Origin: Octopus bimaculoides | Lineage: Eukaryota | DNA: 64,000 nt | Assembly (NCBI RefSeq): GCF_001194135.2 | Contig: NC_068983.1 | Coordinates: 140,989,090-141,053,089, forward strand | Direction of reading: 5' to 3' | In this document: positions 13,294 through 26,122 of the stretch, piece by piece | How the letters are laid out: each line of letters begins with the position of its first letter | How positions within the stretch are numbered: the stretch's first letter is position 1 | Program-made: the position numbers and the translations under genes | The notes under the pieces: model-generated | Database searches by the model: none | What the model was told of the DNA's origin: nothing | The model's input: the letters and a program-made list of their open reading frames with translations, nothing else

Positions 13294-13567
13294 TTATGAG
13301 TGAGTATTTCGTTGGATAGGAAAATTGTATAGAACTTCAAAAAACCAATTGATATAGTTGTCTGGATTTGTATTTAGAGAGACGAATGTCTTGAGGGCAC
13401 TGCCACATATACTTCTTGATGATTTGTAATAATGCATCTTTGAGAATAATATATTATTTGAATTGTATTGAAAGGCCATTAGGAGCAAATGACAATTTTC
13501 GGTTAACATTTGCAAGGGTACGTTATTCTCTTCATAATGCTTTCTCGGTTTGACCACAGCCTCTTGG
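13294..13567 (-). CDS. Candidate terminal coding exon of an unknown gene
   Basis: Acceptor TTTATTTTTATTTATGGGTTTCAG| followed by 1 nt + 90 open codons (QEAVVKPRKHYEENNVPLQMLTENCHLLL...) and TAA; non-repetitive; no recognisable domain. Confidence 0.25.
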
Positions 13568-14099
13568 CTGAAACCCATAAATAAAAAATAAATAAATAAA
13601 TATATACATACGTAGTCATGCACACATGTACAGGCATACATATACATAAATGTATGTCTGTAAATATAAACGCCAAGGTGTTCAAGCGAATGTATCTTTG
13701 TGTGTAGTGTATGAAAGTACGTAAATATGTTTCTTCATATGTTTGAAATATACGAGCCTCTTATTCTAATTTTCCTAACTTATAAGCAGAGTGCTTTTAC
13801 ATGTTGAAGAAACAAAATTTTAAGTGCGTGCATAGGCACACACATATAACCATGAAGACAAACATAAAAAGATACATGTAAATATCTGTGTATGCATACT
13901 GTAAATATGAATAATAGATATTTGAAAAATTATTGAAAAATTAAATTTAAAAGAAAAATCTTTTTAAAGACATATTTGTATAGTATTCAAGTAACATTCG
14001 TATTTGTCTTGTTTCTGCCTCTCTCTGTTTCATTTGTTAACTCTTGTGGGTTCGAAGAAGGAGTGCTATGCTAGTAGCATTGTTAATTGGTTGGGTGTC

Positions 14100-14152
14100 C
14101 TGACATTGACCTGTTGAACAGATCTCAAGGATCGAAACCGGTTCTGTAATGT
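14100..14152 (+). ncRNA. Hammerhead-like motif with CUGUUGA core, probably a PLE terminal repeat
   Basis: ACATTGAC-CTGTTGA-ACA-GATC[TCAAG]GATC-GAAACCGGTT-CTGTAATGT; palindromic AACCGGTT stem III; ACATT/AATGT stem I. Confidence 0.45.
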
Positions 14153-14889
14153 TCTTTATAAAAGTTTTTTAGCATTTTCTAGTTTGTCTTTTTTCCATAT
14201 ATATCTACTCGTGTGTTCCTCTTCAACCTTTTACATATATATATATATATATANNNNNNNNNNNNNNNNNNNNNNNNNNNNNNNNNNNNNNNNNNNNNNN
14301 NNNNNNNNNNNNNNNNNNNNNNNNNNNNNNNNNNNNNNNNNNNNNNNNNNNNNNNNNNNNNNNNNNNNNNNNNNNNNNNNNNNNNNNNNNNNNNNNNNNN
14401 NNNNNNNNNNNNNNNNNNNNNNNNNNNNNNNNNNNNNNNNNNNNNNNNNNNNNNNNNNNNNNNNNNNNNNNNNNNNNNNNNNNNNNNNNNNNNNNNNNNN
14501 NNNNNNNNNNNNNNNNNNNNNNNNNNNNNNNNNNNNNNNNNNNNNNNNNNNNNNNNNNNNNNNNNNNNNNNNNNNNNNNNNNNNNNNNNNNNNNNNNNNN
14601 NNNNNNNNNNNNNNNNNNNNNNNNNNNNNNNNNNNNNNNNNNNNNNNNNNNNNNNNNNNNNNNNNNNNNNNNNNNNNNNNNNNNNNNNNNNNNNNNNNNN
14701 NNNNNNNNNNNNNNNNNNNNNNNNNNNNNNNNNNNNNNNNNNNNNNNNNNNNNNNNNNNNNNNNNNNNNNNNNNNNNNNNNNNNNNNNNNNNNNNNNNNN
14801 NNNNNNNNNNNNNNNNNNNNNNNNNNNNNNNNNNNNNNNNNNNNNNNNNATATATATATATATATACAGATAGATAGATAGATAGATAA

Positions 14890-15830
14890 CTAGTTAAGTT
14901 TCGACTAACATTAGCCCAAGCCATGTCTAACATAATAGCTTCACCTGGGAAAGAGATTTAAAGATGCTTCATATTGGTCATTCTATGGGTACCATAGCCC
15001 ATTCGAGTATATAGTTATTGTTTGCAGATATATCTGGGGGTAAGTAGTTTATCTGGGATTTTGGGGAAATAATCGTCCAGGAACCGTTTAAATATTAGGA
15101 GATCCTTTTTATTTCTTGTGTCTTTATATTATGCTGAAGAGAGCAGAGCCAGCTGAGACAAAATAGTTCTTTCTAAGTGCTGTGATGTGACGGGAGCATG
15201 ACTTTTATAGAGGACGGATAGCATCGGGACCAAGACTTGAGGAAAATGTTTAAATGGATAACAACCTCAATTGAGCAGTAGTGTTGGAATATTTTTCATA
15301 GCATACAAATAATATAGCTTCCACGGAGACGTTGAAGGGGATAAGGATTGCCGTCTATTTTCCTTTAATCGATCTCTAAGGTGCTCCCGTTTTTACAATA
15401 TTCTGTTTCAGATAGGAAGACCACAGCAGACAACAGTGTTCAAAGTGAGAACGGGTGAAGGCGGAGAACAGAAGGATAATGGAAGGAGGCTCTCTAAACT
15501 GAAAAGTCCTGAGGATCCAGGAGTACGCCTTGCTGGCGATGTCGACTTTGTTCTTTATGTGGGCACTCTATTTTAAGTTGTTGGCAACAGTAACTCCGAG
15601 GTCTCAAGCGATGTTTGATGCGATAAGGTTTTTCCCCTTTGGAAGAGTGTAGTAGCTTAAGTGCAATCCTTTTTTTTACCAAGTATATTAATTCGAATTT
15701 ATTCTCTTTCAGCTGCATATTGTAGTTTTCTGCCCATCGGATAACAGATCCGATTGGAGATTAATCTGCCCTGTTAATAACCTTCAGAAGCTTAATTCTA
15801 ATGCTGCTGTGTTTGATGATGTCAACTATG
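14890..15830 (-). mobile_element. CR1/L2-type LINE 3' part (RT C-terminal region), degenerate
   Basis: IRWAENYNMQLKENKFELI; DLGVTVANNLK*SAHIKNKV; WILRTFQ; EHCCLLWSSYL; LQRLRGSYIICML. Confidence 0.85.
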
Positions 15831-17341
15831 CTTGTATTTGATGATTTAATAAATAAACAGACAGACAGACAGACAAACAGATAAAGACATTATACATTTC
15901 ATATTACATATTTACGTACAATGCATGGCAACGAATGTTTACAATACTTACTTTTATATTTCAGATGCCCTCTGTACCAAGTACAATACTCATCTTCGTT
16001 ATTTATTTTCTTCCTAACTTAATACATACTAATATACTACATAAAAAATGCTTTGATTTGTTATGTCTTCAAAATTATTTCAAATAGTAAAGTTCTGGTT
16101 CAAGTATCATCCACTTTTTATTCATGATCTCATTTGAAATACCCTATATATTTTTATCTCTTTCCTCCTAAGGAAAAAATAAATAAATAAATAAAAACAG
16201 TTTCAAATGATGCCTGTGAAATCAATGACATTTATCCTTCCGCGTGGTGGGTCGACTAGTTTAACAATAGCTGATAACGCAAAAATGTATTTGACGCATT
16301 TGTAATGTAAATCTTGATAGAATATAGTGAAACGATGCCAAAAGAGTCACAGCTTTAACTAACTAGATATGGGCTTAGGATGATCTAAACAACAAAACTA
16401 TATGTTCTTGTGGCAAACTGATAACTTTTAAATAATTTCAGTATAACTTCTGTAGCTCCATGACAACCAGGAACTTTTCCATTGTAATGCAAAATACTGA
16501 AATTCATTAAAAGAACCCTTAAATTTTGACAAGTAGAAACTTCCTATTATTTACGACTATTCTTTCCTATTAGGTTGTTCATTCCAATTTCCTTACGTTC
16601 TCTGCGAAATAGGATTTTCAATTCAATAGATTTGCATAGAAAGCGAAAACACAGTTGTTTAGTAAGACAAAAGCAACTGTAAATTTAAGGAAGGTACAAG
16701 AAATATGGCAAATCTAAGAGTTGTCATAAGGATATCTAAGCAGTAATTGGTTGCATGTCATTTAGCAATTTAGTTCATCATGTTATTTTTACTGTTGATG
16801 TATTCAGTATTAGTTTTGAATTAACATCACACCATTTAGAACTTTGCAATGCCATTGAAAATTTGGAGAAATTTTTACTTAGAAATGCATTTTGGAAAAG
16901 TAATTAATTGTAAATAAGTTTGATAGCTTAGTGAAATGTACAATTTCAATATATAGACGCACGTGCATATGCACAAGGGCACATCCACACAGTATTCGAA
17001 GGTTTGCGAAAGAGAGATAGGAAGTAAGAGAGAGAGAGAGACAAACAGTCAGACAGAGACAGAGAGATTCAGTCTGATAAAGAGACACACAGATGCATAT
17101 ACATATTACGCCACGAAAACATACATTTTAACACGTTCACACAAATGTATATAGACACGCACGTGATCATAAGTAGAATTTCGAGTGGGAACTAAGCAAA
17201 CGTTGATGCGTTTGATAATGCCTTGCACGAAACTTGTGGTCATGGAGTCGCGTATATAACTATATCGCTCATGAGGCATGTAATTTCACCACTTTGCATA
17301 ATGAAATTGTTTTTAACCAATTTATGCAAGTAAATATCTAT

Positions 17342-17380
17342 GCAGTAATCCCTCGACTATCGCGGGTGTTACGTTCCAAA
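17342..17380 (+). mobile_element. pogo/Tigger-like TIR, solo
   Basis: CAGTAATCCCTCGACTATCGCGG resembles Tigger-family TIRs from memory; no partner TIR found. Confidence 0.4.
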
Positions 17381-18496
17381 ACAACACGTCGAGGAATTAT
17401 TGTAGACACACGCACAACATAGACATGAACTCATATATTTATAAGTAAATTAATATCTATCTATCTATCCATACATACATTTATATGTATATATATGTAT
17501 ATACATGTGTGTGTGTGTGCGTATGAATTGAGGATGTAATAATTAAGATGACTATACCAGTGGCCAGCGAATAAGATAAGCCATACCGGTAAAATAAATA
17601 TTTAAGTATATAATTATAAATATATAATTATGATTAAGGGCGCTGGAGGGACAACGCCAGTACGCTAGAAGTAGATGACAAATTTCTACAAACAACTCAA
17701 AATTTATTCTGATTTTCTGCACAAGGCTGAATGCGAGGAAATGGACAGGATTTCGCCATACAGTTATCTATATCTATTGGTATATGCGAAATTTAATGTG
17801 TATATATATATATATATATATATATCGATTAAAAGTCAGTTTGAATCTTGCTTGCTTGTGTGATTGCTTGCTTGTGTGCTTGCTTGTGTGCTTGCTTGCT
17901 TGTGTGCTTGCTTGCTTGTGTGCTTGCTTGCTTGCAATGTTACCCAGCCAAACTGGCACATAATGGTAAAATATTCCGAAAATACTCTTAATCCTAAAAG
18001 GGAAGAAACTCTTATTTTTCGATTATGCATAGTCACTGGACAACGAAAAAATATGAGCTTTTTAACAGTGAATATTTTTTATTTCCGCTTTTGTTAAACA
18101 CAATATCTTAATTATTTCGAAATATTTTTAAGTGAATGTGATTTCAAAAATGTGAATTGTTTGTACAGTAAGTATTTATATTTTAGTTTTCTTTAAACAG
18201 ACAATATTTTAATGTTCTTTAAACTATTTTCAAGTGAATACCATTGCAAAAAGACTTTTTTGGCATATTTATATATTATTTTATAGTGAAAATTACCTTA
18301 AAAATACGGTAAATATTTCGTAAAAGACACGTTTGTAATCTCCGTGTGAAATAGTCTTTCCATGGGTTTTTTATTCGATTGCATTCCACGTATCTCACCT
18401 CCTAAGATTTGGCTGCCATTTCTAGCAAATCCTGCATACCACTTAACAGCTACGTCCGATAAAGGACCCGAAATACCTGTTACGTGATAGCATGTC

Positions 18497-18657
18497 ATGC
18501 AAAAAATAGCAGCCAAATCTTTCTGTTTCTGGGGAAAGGGACCGTTTACGCGTGATTTCGATGTCACATTCGTGGAAAGCATGCGAAATAACCTGGGAAA
18601 GAAAAAAAGCCACGAAACAAAACTCCGATGCTCGGAAACTCAGACTTTCCTGGTGAG
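18497..18657 (+). other. Candidate 5' exon ending in a consensus donor
   Basis: GAG|GTAAGT at 18657/18658; CpG-richer unique sequence; frame open from ATG 18497 or 18581. Confidence 0.25.
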
Positions 18658-19271
18658 GTAAGTATAGTATTTTATTTTTTAATCTCTCTTGCACTGTTAT
18701 CTCTTCTTGGTCGATATCAGTTAATCTCAGCTATCACTTTGTTTCGGAATTTGGTATCAAATTTAACCTATTGTTTAAAGTACCAGTCAGTCAGTATAAG
18801 TTTCCAAACTTTCTGGAATGGAAGCTAATAAACCTGAGTAATGAGAAAGCTGATGCGGAGGGAACAAATATATGAAATATATTTTAAGAAAGAATGCATA
18901 ACCGACAGAAAAGCCTTTTATTTTCTATAAAGCAAAGCGCAGTAATTTACTAGTCACTTCGTTTAGTATAATTATCTCCCATAAAAAAAAAAACTAATGA
19001 TCCCACGAAAGATAAAAATATGATTACGAGCTCCAAACTAGGTACAAATTCAAAATCTAAACGGATATACTGCGATAAATAAGAATATGTATATAAGTGA
19101 TATCAAAGTTTATAATGTTGTTGCTGCTGCTGCCACTGCTGTTTCTGCCGCTGCAGTTGCTGCTGCTGCTGCTGATGATGATGATGAAGAGTTGAAGAAG
19201 AAGAAGAAGAAGAAGAAGAAGAAGAAGAAGAAGAAGAAGAAGAAGAAGAAGAAGAAGAAGAAGAAGAAGAT

Positions 19272-20085
19272 CTAAACAGTTAGAGTATTCAGGAAAGATA
19301 CTGGAATATAATTTGTTGTGAATAAATGCATAGTACTAATTAGGAAGAGAGGACGGAAGGTAAATTTTGATGGCATAAAATAACTACAAGTCAAATACAT
19401 TAGATCCCTATGGAGTAATAAGATATACAAATATCTAGAAATACTGAAATACGTCAGGATAATGGAAGGAGAAATGAGAGAGAAAATCACTAAGAGGATC
19501 ATTAAAAGACGCTCGAAATAAAATTACAGGAATATCATTAAACCCATAAATACATGGGCTACGTTTGTACTGAGATAGTCTGCTCTCTTTCTGAAATGCA
19601 CAGAGCTCAAGCTACAGAACTTGTATAGTACTGGAAAGCTTCTCACAATACAATGCGCAGCGCACTTCACTTTAGAAATAATTTCAATTGACTGTACCTA
19701 CCATGAAAAGAAGGTGGCAGAAAATTACTAAACGCGAACGACACTGTTAATACAGGGATACTGTGTCTGAAAATTATGTTCTCAAGAGTAAAAAAAGAAT
19801 ACTGTGGGGAGCAAGAGACTAGAACGTGACTGAAACAGTACAAGAATTGAAATAGAAAAGGAAGAACAATAGAGGAACCAGATGGAAAGAAATGGAACAT
19901 GGCCAATTCAGTCAACAAACAGAGAATGTCGAAGTAAAGATCAGTGGCTCTTGGTGACAGACGGAAAGGTGAAACGTGCCAAAAACTCTAATTATAACCA
20001 CTCAGGAACAAGCCCTTAGAAAAACCTAATGAAGGAATAAATCGACAAAACTTAGTCAGACAGCAAATGTAGAATCTGCGCTTTG
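19272..20085 (+). mobile_element. R4/Dong-clade LINE fragment (RT end to CCHC region)
   Basis: TVRVFRKDTGI*FVVNKC; YKYLEIL; INTWATFVLR; HGQF; LIITTQEQALR; SKCRIC; begins directly after an (AAG)n tract. Confidence 0.85.
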
Positions 20086-20452
20086 CTTGTTCACCAGTAA
20101 GGTGCGATTTGACGTGGTGGAGATGACTCTCAAAGCATTAGTTGTTAAAACACCTTTAAGTCAGGCAGGCGAGACAGATCATCCCAACTCCCATCCACGA
20201 GCGATGGCATCAAAGTTTCGCTATGTTTGTAGCTTAACAACATTACGAGTAGTCTCACCTGTCTATGACTATCAGTCGTTTTAGCACTCGGCGCTTTGAG
20301 TGACTGGCCTCTGCGCGTAAAATTGCAGAGTACCAGGGAACAAGGACAACACATGCATTACGTACGTGCTTTCGATACTATGTACAACACTAATTCTTAT
20401 TTGGATATATGTATATATTGCATTTCTAAATCTCTCAGAGAGCACGATAAAC

Positions 20453-20829
20453 TGATGGTTTGTTGCCAACTTAATGGGGCAGTCCTAAGAAACGGATGAA
20501 TGATACTGCTATTTAGCCCCTGGAAACATCGTTTCCAGTTGGCTACGTGACACAAGCGTTCTGTGTCCCTAAGTTTTCAAACAGGGAAGATATGCACCTC
20601 TACCCAGCAAAGCCAGCATCCAGAGACTAGTTTCAGTGCAATAACTCTGAAACAAGTCTCTGCATGCTGGGTTTGCTGGGTAGAGGTGCATATCTTCCCT
20701 GTTTGAAAACCTAAGGACACAGAACGCTTGTGTCAGGTAACCAACTGGAAACGATGTTTCCAGGGGCTAAATAGCAGTAGCTTTCTCCCTTTCCTGGGAT
20801 TGCCACATCAAGTTGGCAACAAGCCATCA
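20453..20829. mobile_element. Fold-back element/MITE with ~185-bp inverted arms and a ~10-nt loop
   Basis: 20453-20636 is the reverse complement of 20647-20829 with scattered mismatches (e.g. TACTGCTATTTAGCCCCTGGAAACATCGTTTCCAGTTGG / CCAACTGGAAACGATGTTTCCAGGGGCTAAATAGCAGTA). Confidence 0.9.
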
Positions 20830-20831
20830 CT

Positions 20832-20871
<40 letters not shown>

Positions 20872-21947
20872 GTACACACACATACACATATACAAATACC
20901 CTCAAATACGCATGCACAAATACCTTAGCACAAGAATATCAATAATTATGAATATTTATTGGATGTTTTAACATATGAGATATTATAGAAAATGCCACAT
21001 TTCGCATCCTCTCATTGGACAATCATCTGATTTTCGACTTTGAATGTAAGTGATTTAAAGCAGTAAATGCTATTCGTTGGGAAATTGAAAATTACAGTGT
21101 TTAAATATTTCAGCAGAGCATTATTCTTATAGGTCAAGTGAGGATGTATTAAACCATGTATTATCAGTACCTTGCAATCCCCACTGATCGGGAGCTTGTT
21201 GAACAGTGATCATCAAATATATTTTTGAAATTACTATTGATTTCTTCCATTGGCACTCAAATATTTTTAGTCAAAGTTTATTATCAAATACTCGGCTTCA
21301 GGGTAGGATTGATACTCAACTGATGTGCATAGAATTGATAAAACATGAAGCTAAAGCCATAGGAATAAGATGATATATTTATTACATTCTGAGAAGAATA
21401 CGAACGCCCTATATTTCAAAGAACATGTAACGGAATTTTGTGATATATTTTCTAGGGTGGAGTAAAAGTGCAATCGATGGGATCACTCTTAAAATAATAA
21501 TTAACACATTGTGGCTTTCTGCACTTACATCTCTACTCTGTAACTAATGTGTAAAAGTACAACAACCAGGAAAATAATGAAATTGATAGGAGGAAGTTCA
21601 AGATGAATTTTAGAATAATAAAATGTGTAAAGATTAAACAAAATGCTTGCACACATGTAGTTATGTATGTATACATATAAATATATATATATATATACAT
21701 ACATACACAAAACATGTACTCACACACGCACACACACATATATGTATATATATATAGAGAGAGAGAGAGAAAGATGTGTGGGAACATAAAAAAATCATCC
21801 TATCTGTTGGAAGAACATTAGATAAATGGACAACCCAGAATTGGATAAACGATATATACTAACTATAATAATCTAGGGCCCAGGTTTCTAACTCTTCAAA
21901 TACGTTTGTTATCGTAAATTTGATTAGTCTTCTTCAGCTATATTTAC

Positions 21948-22001
21948 CTGGTCAATATTTCAGATGTTGCTTCATCAATGCCAGTATACTTGCCTGGACG
22001 C
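21948..22001 (-). CDS. Candidate 54-nt internal coding exon
   Basis: Pyrimidine tract ...TTTTCTCTGTTCTCGGTTCTGTTAACGGCTAG| and donor CAG|GTAAAT; only one frame is open (RPGKYTGIDEATSEILT), phase 2-2. Confidence 0.35.
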
Positions 22002-22389
22002 CTAGCCGTTAACAGAACCGAGAACAGAGAAAACGTTTTCAGTGAAAAAATTAAATATTCCAATACAAATGTGTTACTTTCCAGTCAGATAAAACCGTAA
22101 TGTTAGAAGTATAAATATAGAATAGTGGTACAACAAGGCACTAGCTTTTACTGGAAAGAGCAGTCGATAATTTTACGACGCTATAGTAAAGCTTCATTGT
22201 ATATATTCTGGCAAATATGTGTGCAGGCAGCGATGTGCATAAGTTACTGTGTGTGTGTGTGTGTGTGTGTGTCTGCGTCCGTGTGTGTGTGTGTCTATGC
22301 GTTTGTGTGTGTGTGTGCGTCTGCGTGTGTTTATATATACACATCCATACATATATATGCATAGAAATATAAACGCATGTGCATATATA

Positions 22390-22548
22390 TAGAGAGAGAG
22401 AGGGAGAGAGAGAAAGAGACGGAGAGAGAAAGAGACAGAGAGAGAAAGAGACAGAGAGAGAAAGAGACAGAGAGAGAAAGAGACAGAGAGAGAAAGAGAC
22501 AGAGAGAGAAAGAGACAGAGAGAGAAAGAGACAGAGAGAGAAAGAGAC
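22390..22548. repeat. 16-bp (AGAGAGAGAAAGAGAC)n minisatellite running into a gap
   Basis: Direct reading of the sequence. Confidence 0.95.
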
Positions 22549-23372
22549 NNNNNNNNNNNNNNNNNNNNNNNNNNNNNNNNNNNNNNNNNNNNNNNNNNNN
22601 NNNNNNNNNNNNNNNNNNNNNNNNNNNNNNNNNNNNNNNNNNNNNNNNNNNNNNNNNNNNNNNNNNNNNNNNNNNNNNNNNNNNNNNNNNNNNNNNNNNN
22701 NNNNNNNNNNNNNNNNNNNNNNNNNNNNNNNNNNNNNNNNNNNNNNNNNNNNNNNNNNNNNNNNNNNNNNNNNNNNNNNNNNNNNNNNNNNNNNNNNNNN
22801 NNNNNNNNNNNNNNNNNNNNNNNNNNNNNNNNNNNNNNNNNNNNNNNNNNNNNNNNNNNNNNNNNNNNNNNNNNNNNNNNNNNNNNNNNNNNNNNNNNNN
22901 NNNNNNNNNNNNNNNNNNNNNNNNNNNNNNNNNNNNNNNNNNNNNNNNNNNNNNNNNNNNNNNNNNNNNNNNNNNNNNNNNNNNNNNNNNNNNNNNNNNN
23001 NNNNNNNNNNNNNNNNNNNNNNNNNNNNNNNNNNNNNNNNNNNNNNNNNNNNNNNNNNNNNNNNNNNNNNNNNNNNNNNNNNNNNNNNNNNNNNNNNNNN
23101 NNNNNNNNNNNNNNNNNNNNNNNNNNNNNNNNNNNNNNNNNNNNNNNNNNNNNNNNNNNNNNNNNNNNNNNNNNNNNNNNNNNNNNNNNNNNNNNNNNNN
23201 NNNNNNNNNNNNNNNNNNNNNNNNNNNNNNNNNNNCATATAAATATACATATATATATATACATATATATATATACATATATATATATACATATATATAT
23301 ATACATATATATTCATATATATGTATATACATATATATATATACATACATATATATACATATATATGCATAG

Positions 23373-23423
<51 letters not shown>

Positions 23424-23424
23424 C

Positions 23425-23455
<31 letters not shown>

Positions 23456-23518
23456 CATATGTATACTGATGCATACACTCAGACACCTACACACACATAC
23501 GCACACCTACTTGCACGC

Positions 23519-23552
<34 letters not shown>

Positions 23553-24538
23553 TATTTCATAATTATCGACGGAAGCAGTTCAAAATTGCTTCAAAATTAG
23601 TAATCTGTCTAGATACATGTGTACGTATTGAAAGACTTCGCATCTATGGCATTTGCCTTCACAAAGTATCTCTAATACACATTGAGTGTTAAAAGGACAG
23701 AATAACATCTGCAGCAGATGAAGGTCGCTTTCCGTTGGTGGTGAAATTGCTGGACCTAGATTTCTGAGAATAATATGACCTTTCAAATCGCTCTGTATCA
23801 AATTTAACCTTTTTCTCCTCGAGCTTCCCTTTATCCCTTCCAAAAGAATACTATCCCATAACTGGTTCTGATTCACCTTATTGTGTGGTTTGATGTAAAA
23901 GGGAGCGGCATCTCACGTTGATCATATCTTATTGCTTACGATATGGCAGGAGATACATTGATGTTGAAATTATACAGGGATTAAACTAAAAAAGAGTAAG
24001 TTGTTGAAAATATAAAACCATTTGAACATATTTTTGCAATTATGTTATTCGTAAACATATGTATTCTCTACAATTTTGAAATGACGTCACCTTTTACGAT
24101 AAAATAGTGATATTACATTTTAGCTCCATTGTATTTTTCCGTCTAAATTATTTTATTAAACGATAATCATATATGATTCTCTTTCAGATTTTATGTGATA
24201 TCTCTCCAATCATGTATATTCTAAGCTGTTCATGTCTGACAAAATCAAACACTCAGACATATTGAAATATACAGTTTTAATTTTAAAATAGATTTTCGTT
24301 CTGTATGCTTCAGTCATAACAATATTTCTAGAGTTCATCATATCGCCTCTCTCTCTCGCTTTCTTTCTTTCCCTATCTTTCTCCTTCCCTTTCTCTCTCT
24401 TTCTCTCTTTCTCTCTCTCTATCACACACACACAACAGCATACTTTTCATTTGAATTTGCTATGTCTTTGCAAAAGTTCGGTCTCCATATATTTAGTTGT
24501 GCCTCTTAGACCAGCAATATCGTTATCGTTTCTCTTTG

Positions 24539-24759
24539 ATACAGTTCTACATTTTTGAGATGAGGATCTGTACATTATTTACATTATATACGTTGGACGA
24601 ATATGTGTCCTCATCTTCTTTGTTGTTACCAAAACGTTTCGGCTGATTTACTCTCCAGCTTTCATCGGGTGTCCTCGTAGAATTTTGAGACCAACCCTGA
24701 ATTCCCATTCCTAAGGTACTTTTTTGAAAATATTATTATTATCATTATTATCATTATCA

Positions 24760-24802
<43 letters not shown>

Positions 24803-24896
24803 CATTATTAATATTATTATTCAAGGCACTGCTTGGAAAGGAACTCGCAATCTTGGGATTAGTAGCCCGGGCTCTTAATCATTACGCTATATGCTC
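24539..24896 (-). mobile_element. SINE-HHR element, copy 2
   Basis: Minus strand: TAGCGTAATGATTAAGAG (A box), GAGTTCCTTTCC (B box), expanded (TAA/TGA)n, then CCGATGA-AA-GCTG[GAGAGTAAAT]CAGCC-GAAACGTT (24633-24668) and the same 3' tail as copy 1 ending AGAACTGTA. Confidence 0.75.
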
Positions 24897-24929
24897 TTTA
24901 ACTTTTATGTATATATATAAACACAAGCG

Positions 24930-25064
24930 AGAAACGCATGGCCTCGACAGAAAATTCATAGTCCCACTGCGTCGCATCTTGGGCAAGTGTCTTCTACCAT
25001 AGCCTCGGACTGACCAAAGCTTTGTGAATGGATTTTGGTGGACGAAAACTGAAAGAAGTCTGTC

Positions 25065-25140
<76 letters not shown>

Positions 25141-25355
25141 ATATGTTTATGTGTCTATGTTTGTCTCCCCACCATCCTTTGACAACCGATTTTCGTGTGT
25201 TTACGTCCTCGTAGCCTAGCAGTTCTGCAAAATAGACTGATGGAATATGTACTAAGCTTACAAAAAATAAATCCTGGGGTCGATTTGTTCGACTAAACGC
25301 TGTGCTCTAGCATGGCCGCTGTCAAATGACTGAAACAAATAAAAGAATAAAAGAA
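24930..25355 (+). mobile_element. SINE family A (tRNA head, CORE-like segment, internal microsatellite)
   Basis: CATCTTGGGCAAGTGTCTT resembles the CORE motif ACCTTGGGCAAGT; (AT)n(GT)n insert; family 3' half and tail. Confidence 0.85.
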
Positions 25356-25479
25356 TATATATATACACAGGTGTGTGTGTACGTGCGTGTATAATATATG
25401 CATATACATATATATGTATGCTATGTATATGTATTATATATACATATATAACACCTATACATATATAGACACATATATT

Positions 25480-25620
25480 TATTTCCTTTACTAGTTTCAG
25501 TCATTAGACTTCGGCCATGCCTTTATGTGTTTTAGTAGAACGACTCGACTCCACTGCTTATTTTTAACCCTAGTACTTTTTCCGTCACTCTATTTTACCG
25601 CACAGCTAAGTTACGGATAC
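25480..25620 (-). mobile_element. SINE family A 3' fragment, degenerate
   Basis: TTTCAGTCATT...CGGCCATGC is the reverse complement of the family tail. Confidence 0.6.
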
Positions 25621-25762
25621 ATACATACATACATACAAAAATAGCCTGTTGTTGCTGGTGAAATGCCAATGAAAGAGCCTTGGATCTTGGTTAGTAACCG
25701 GCACTTTCTCTATTGGAAGAAATCTTGAAATAAAACTGAATAATGACATACATACATGTATG

Positions 25763-25871
<109 letters not shown>

Positions 25872-26122
25872 GGGTGGATGGATGGATGGATGGATGGATG
25901 GATGGATGGATGGATGGATTGATGGATGGATGGATGGATGGATGGATGGATGGATGTTACACTAAGAAGTATAACTAAATACCACAAATCGTTGTTGGAG
26001 TATCCGTTTTAGTGACGTCAGGATCGGCTAATTTGTACTAGCATCGAACCTTATAATTTGCGAAAATGAAGTCAAACCAAATAATCATATTTTTAAATTT
26101 TTTGATATGTACGTTTCAATGG

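Noticed and set aside
15134-15160. CTGAAGAG-AGC...GCT-GAGAC as an HHR
   Set aside because: Lies antisense within CR1/L2 coding sequence, has GAGA instead of GAAA and no stem I.
23580-23876. 98-aa minus-strand ORF and neighbouring splice-like sites (23880-23990)
   Set aside because: No domain similarity, and no consistent open exon between good splice sites.
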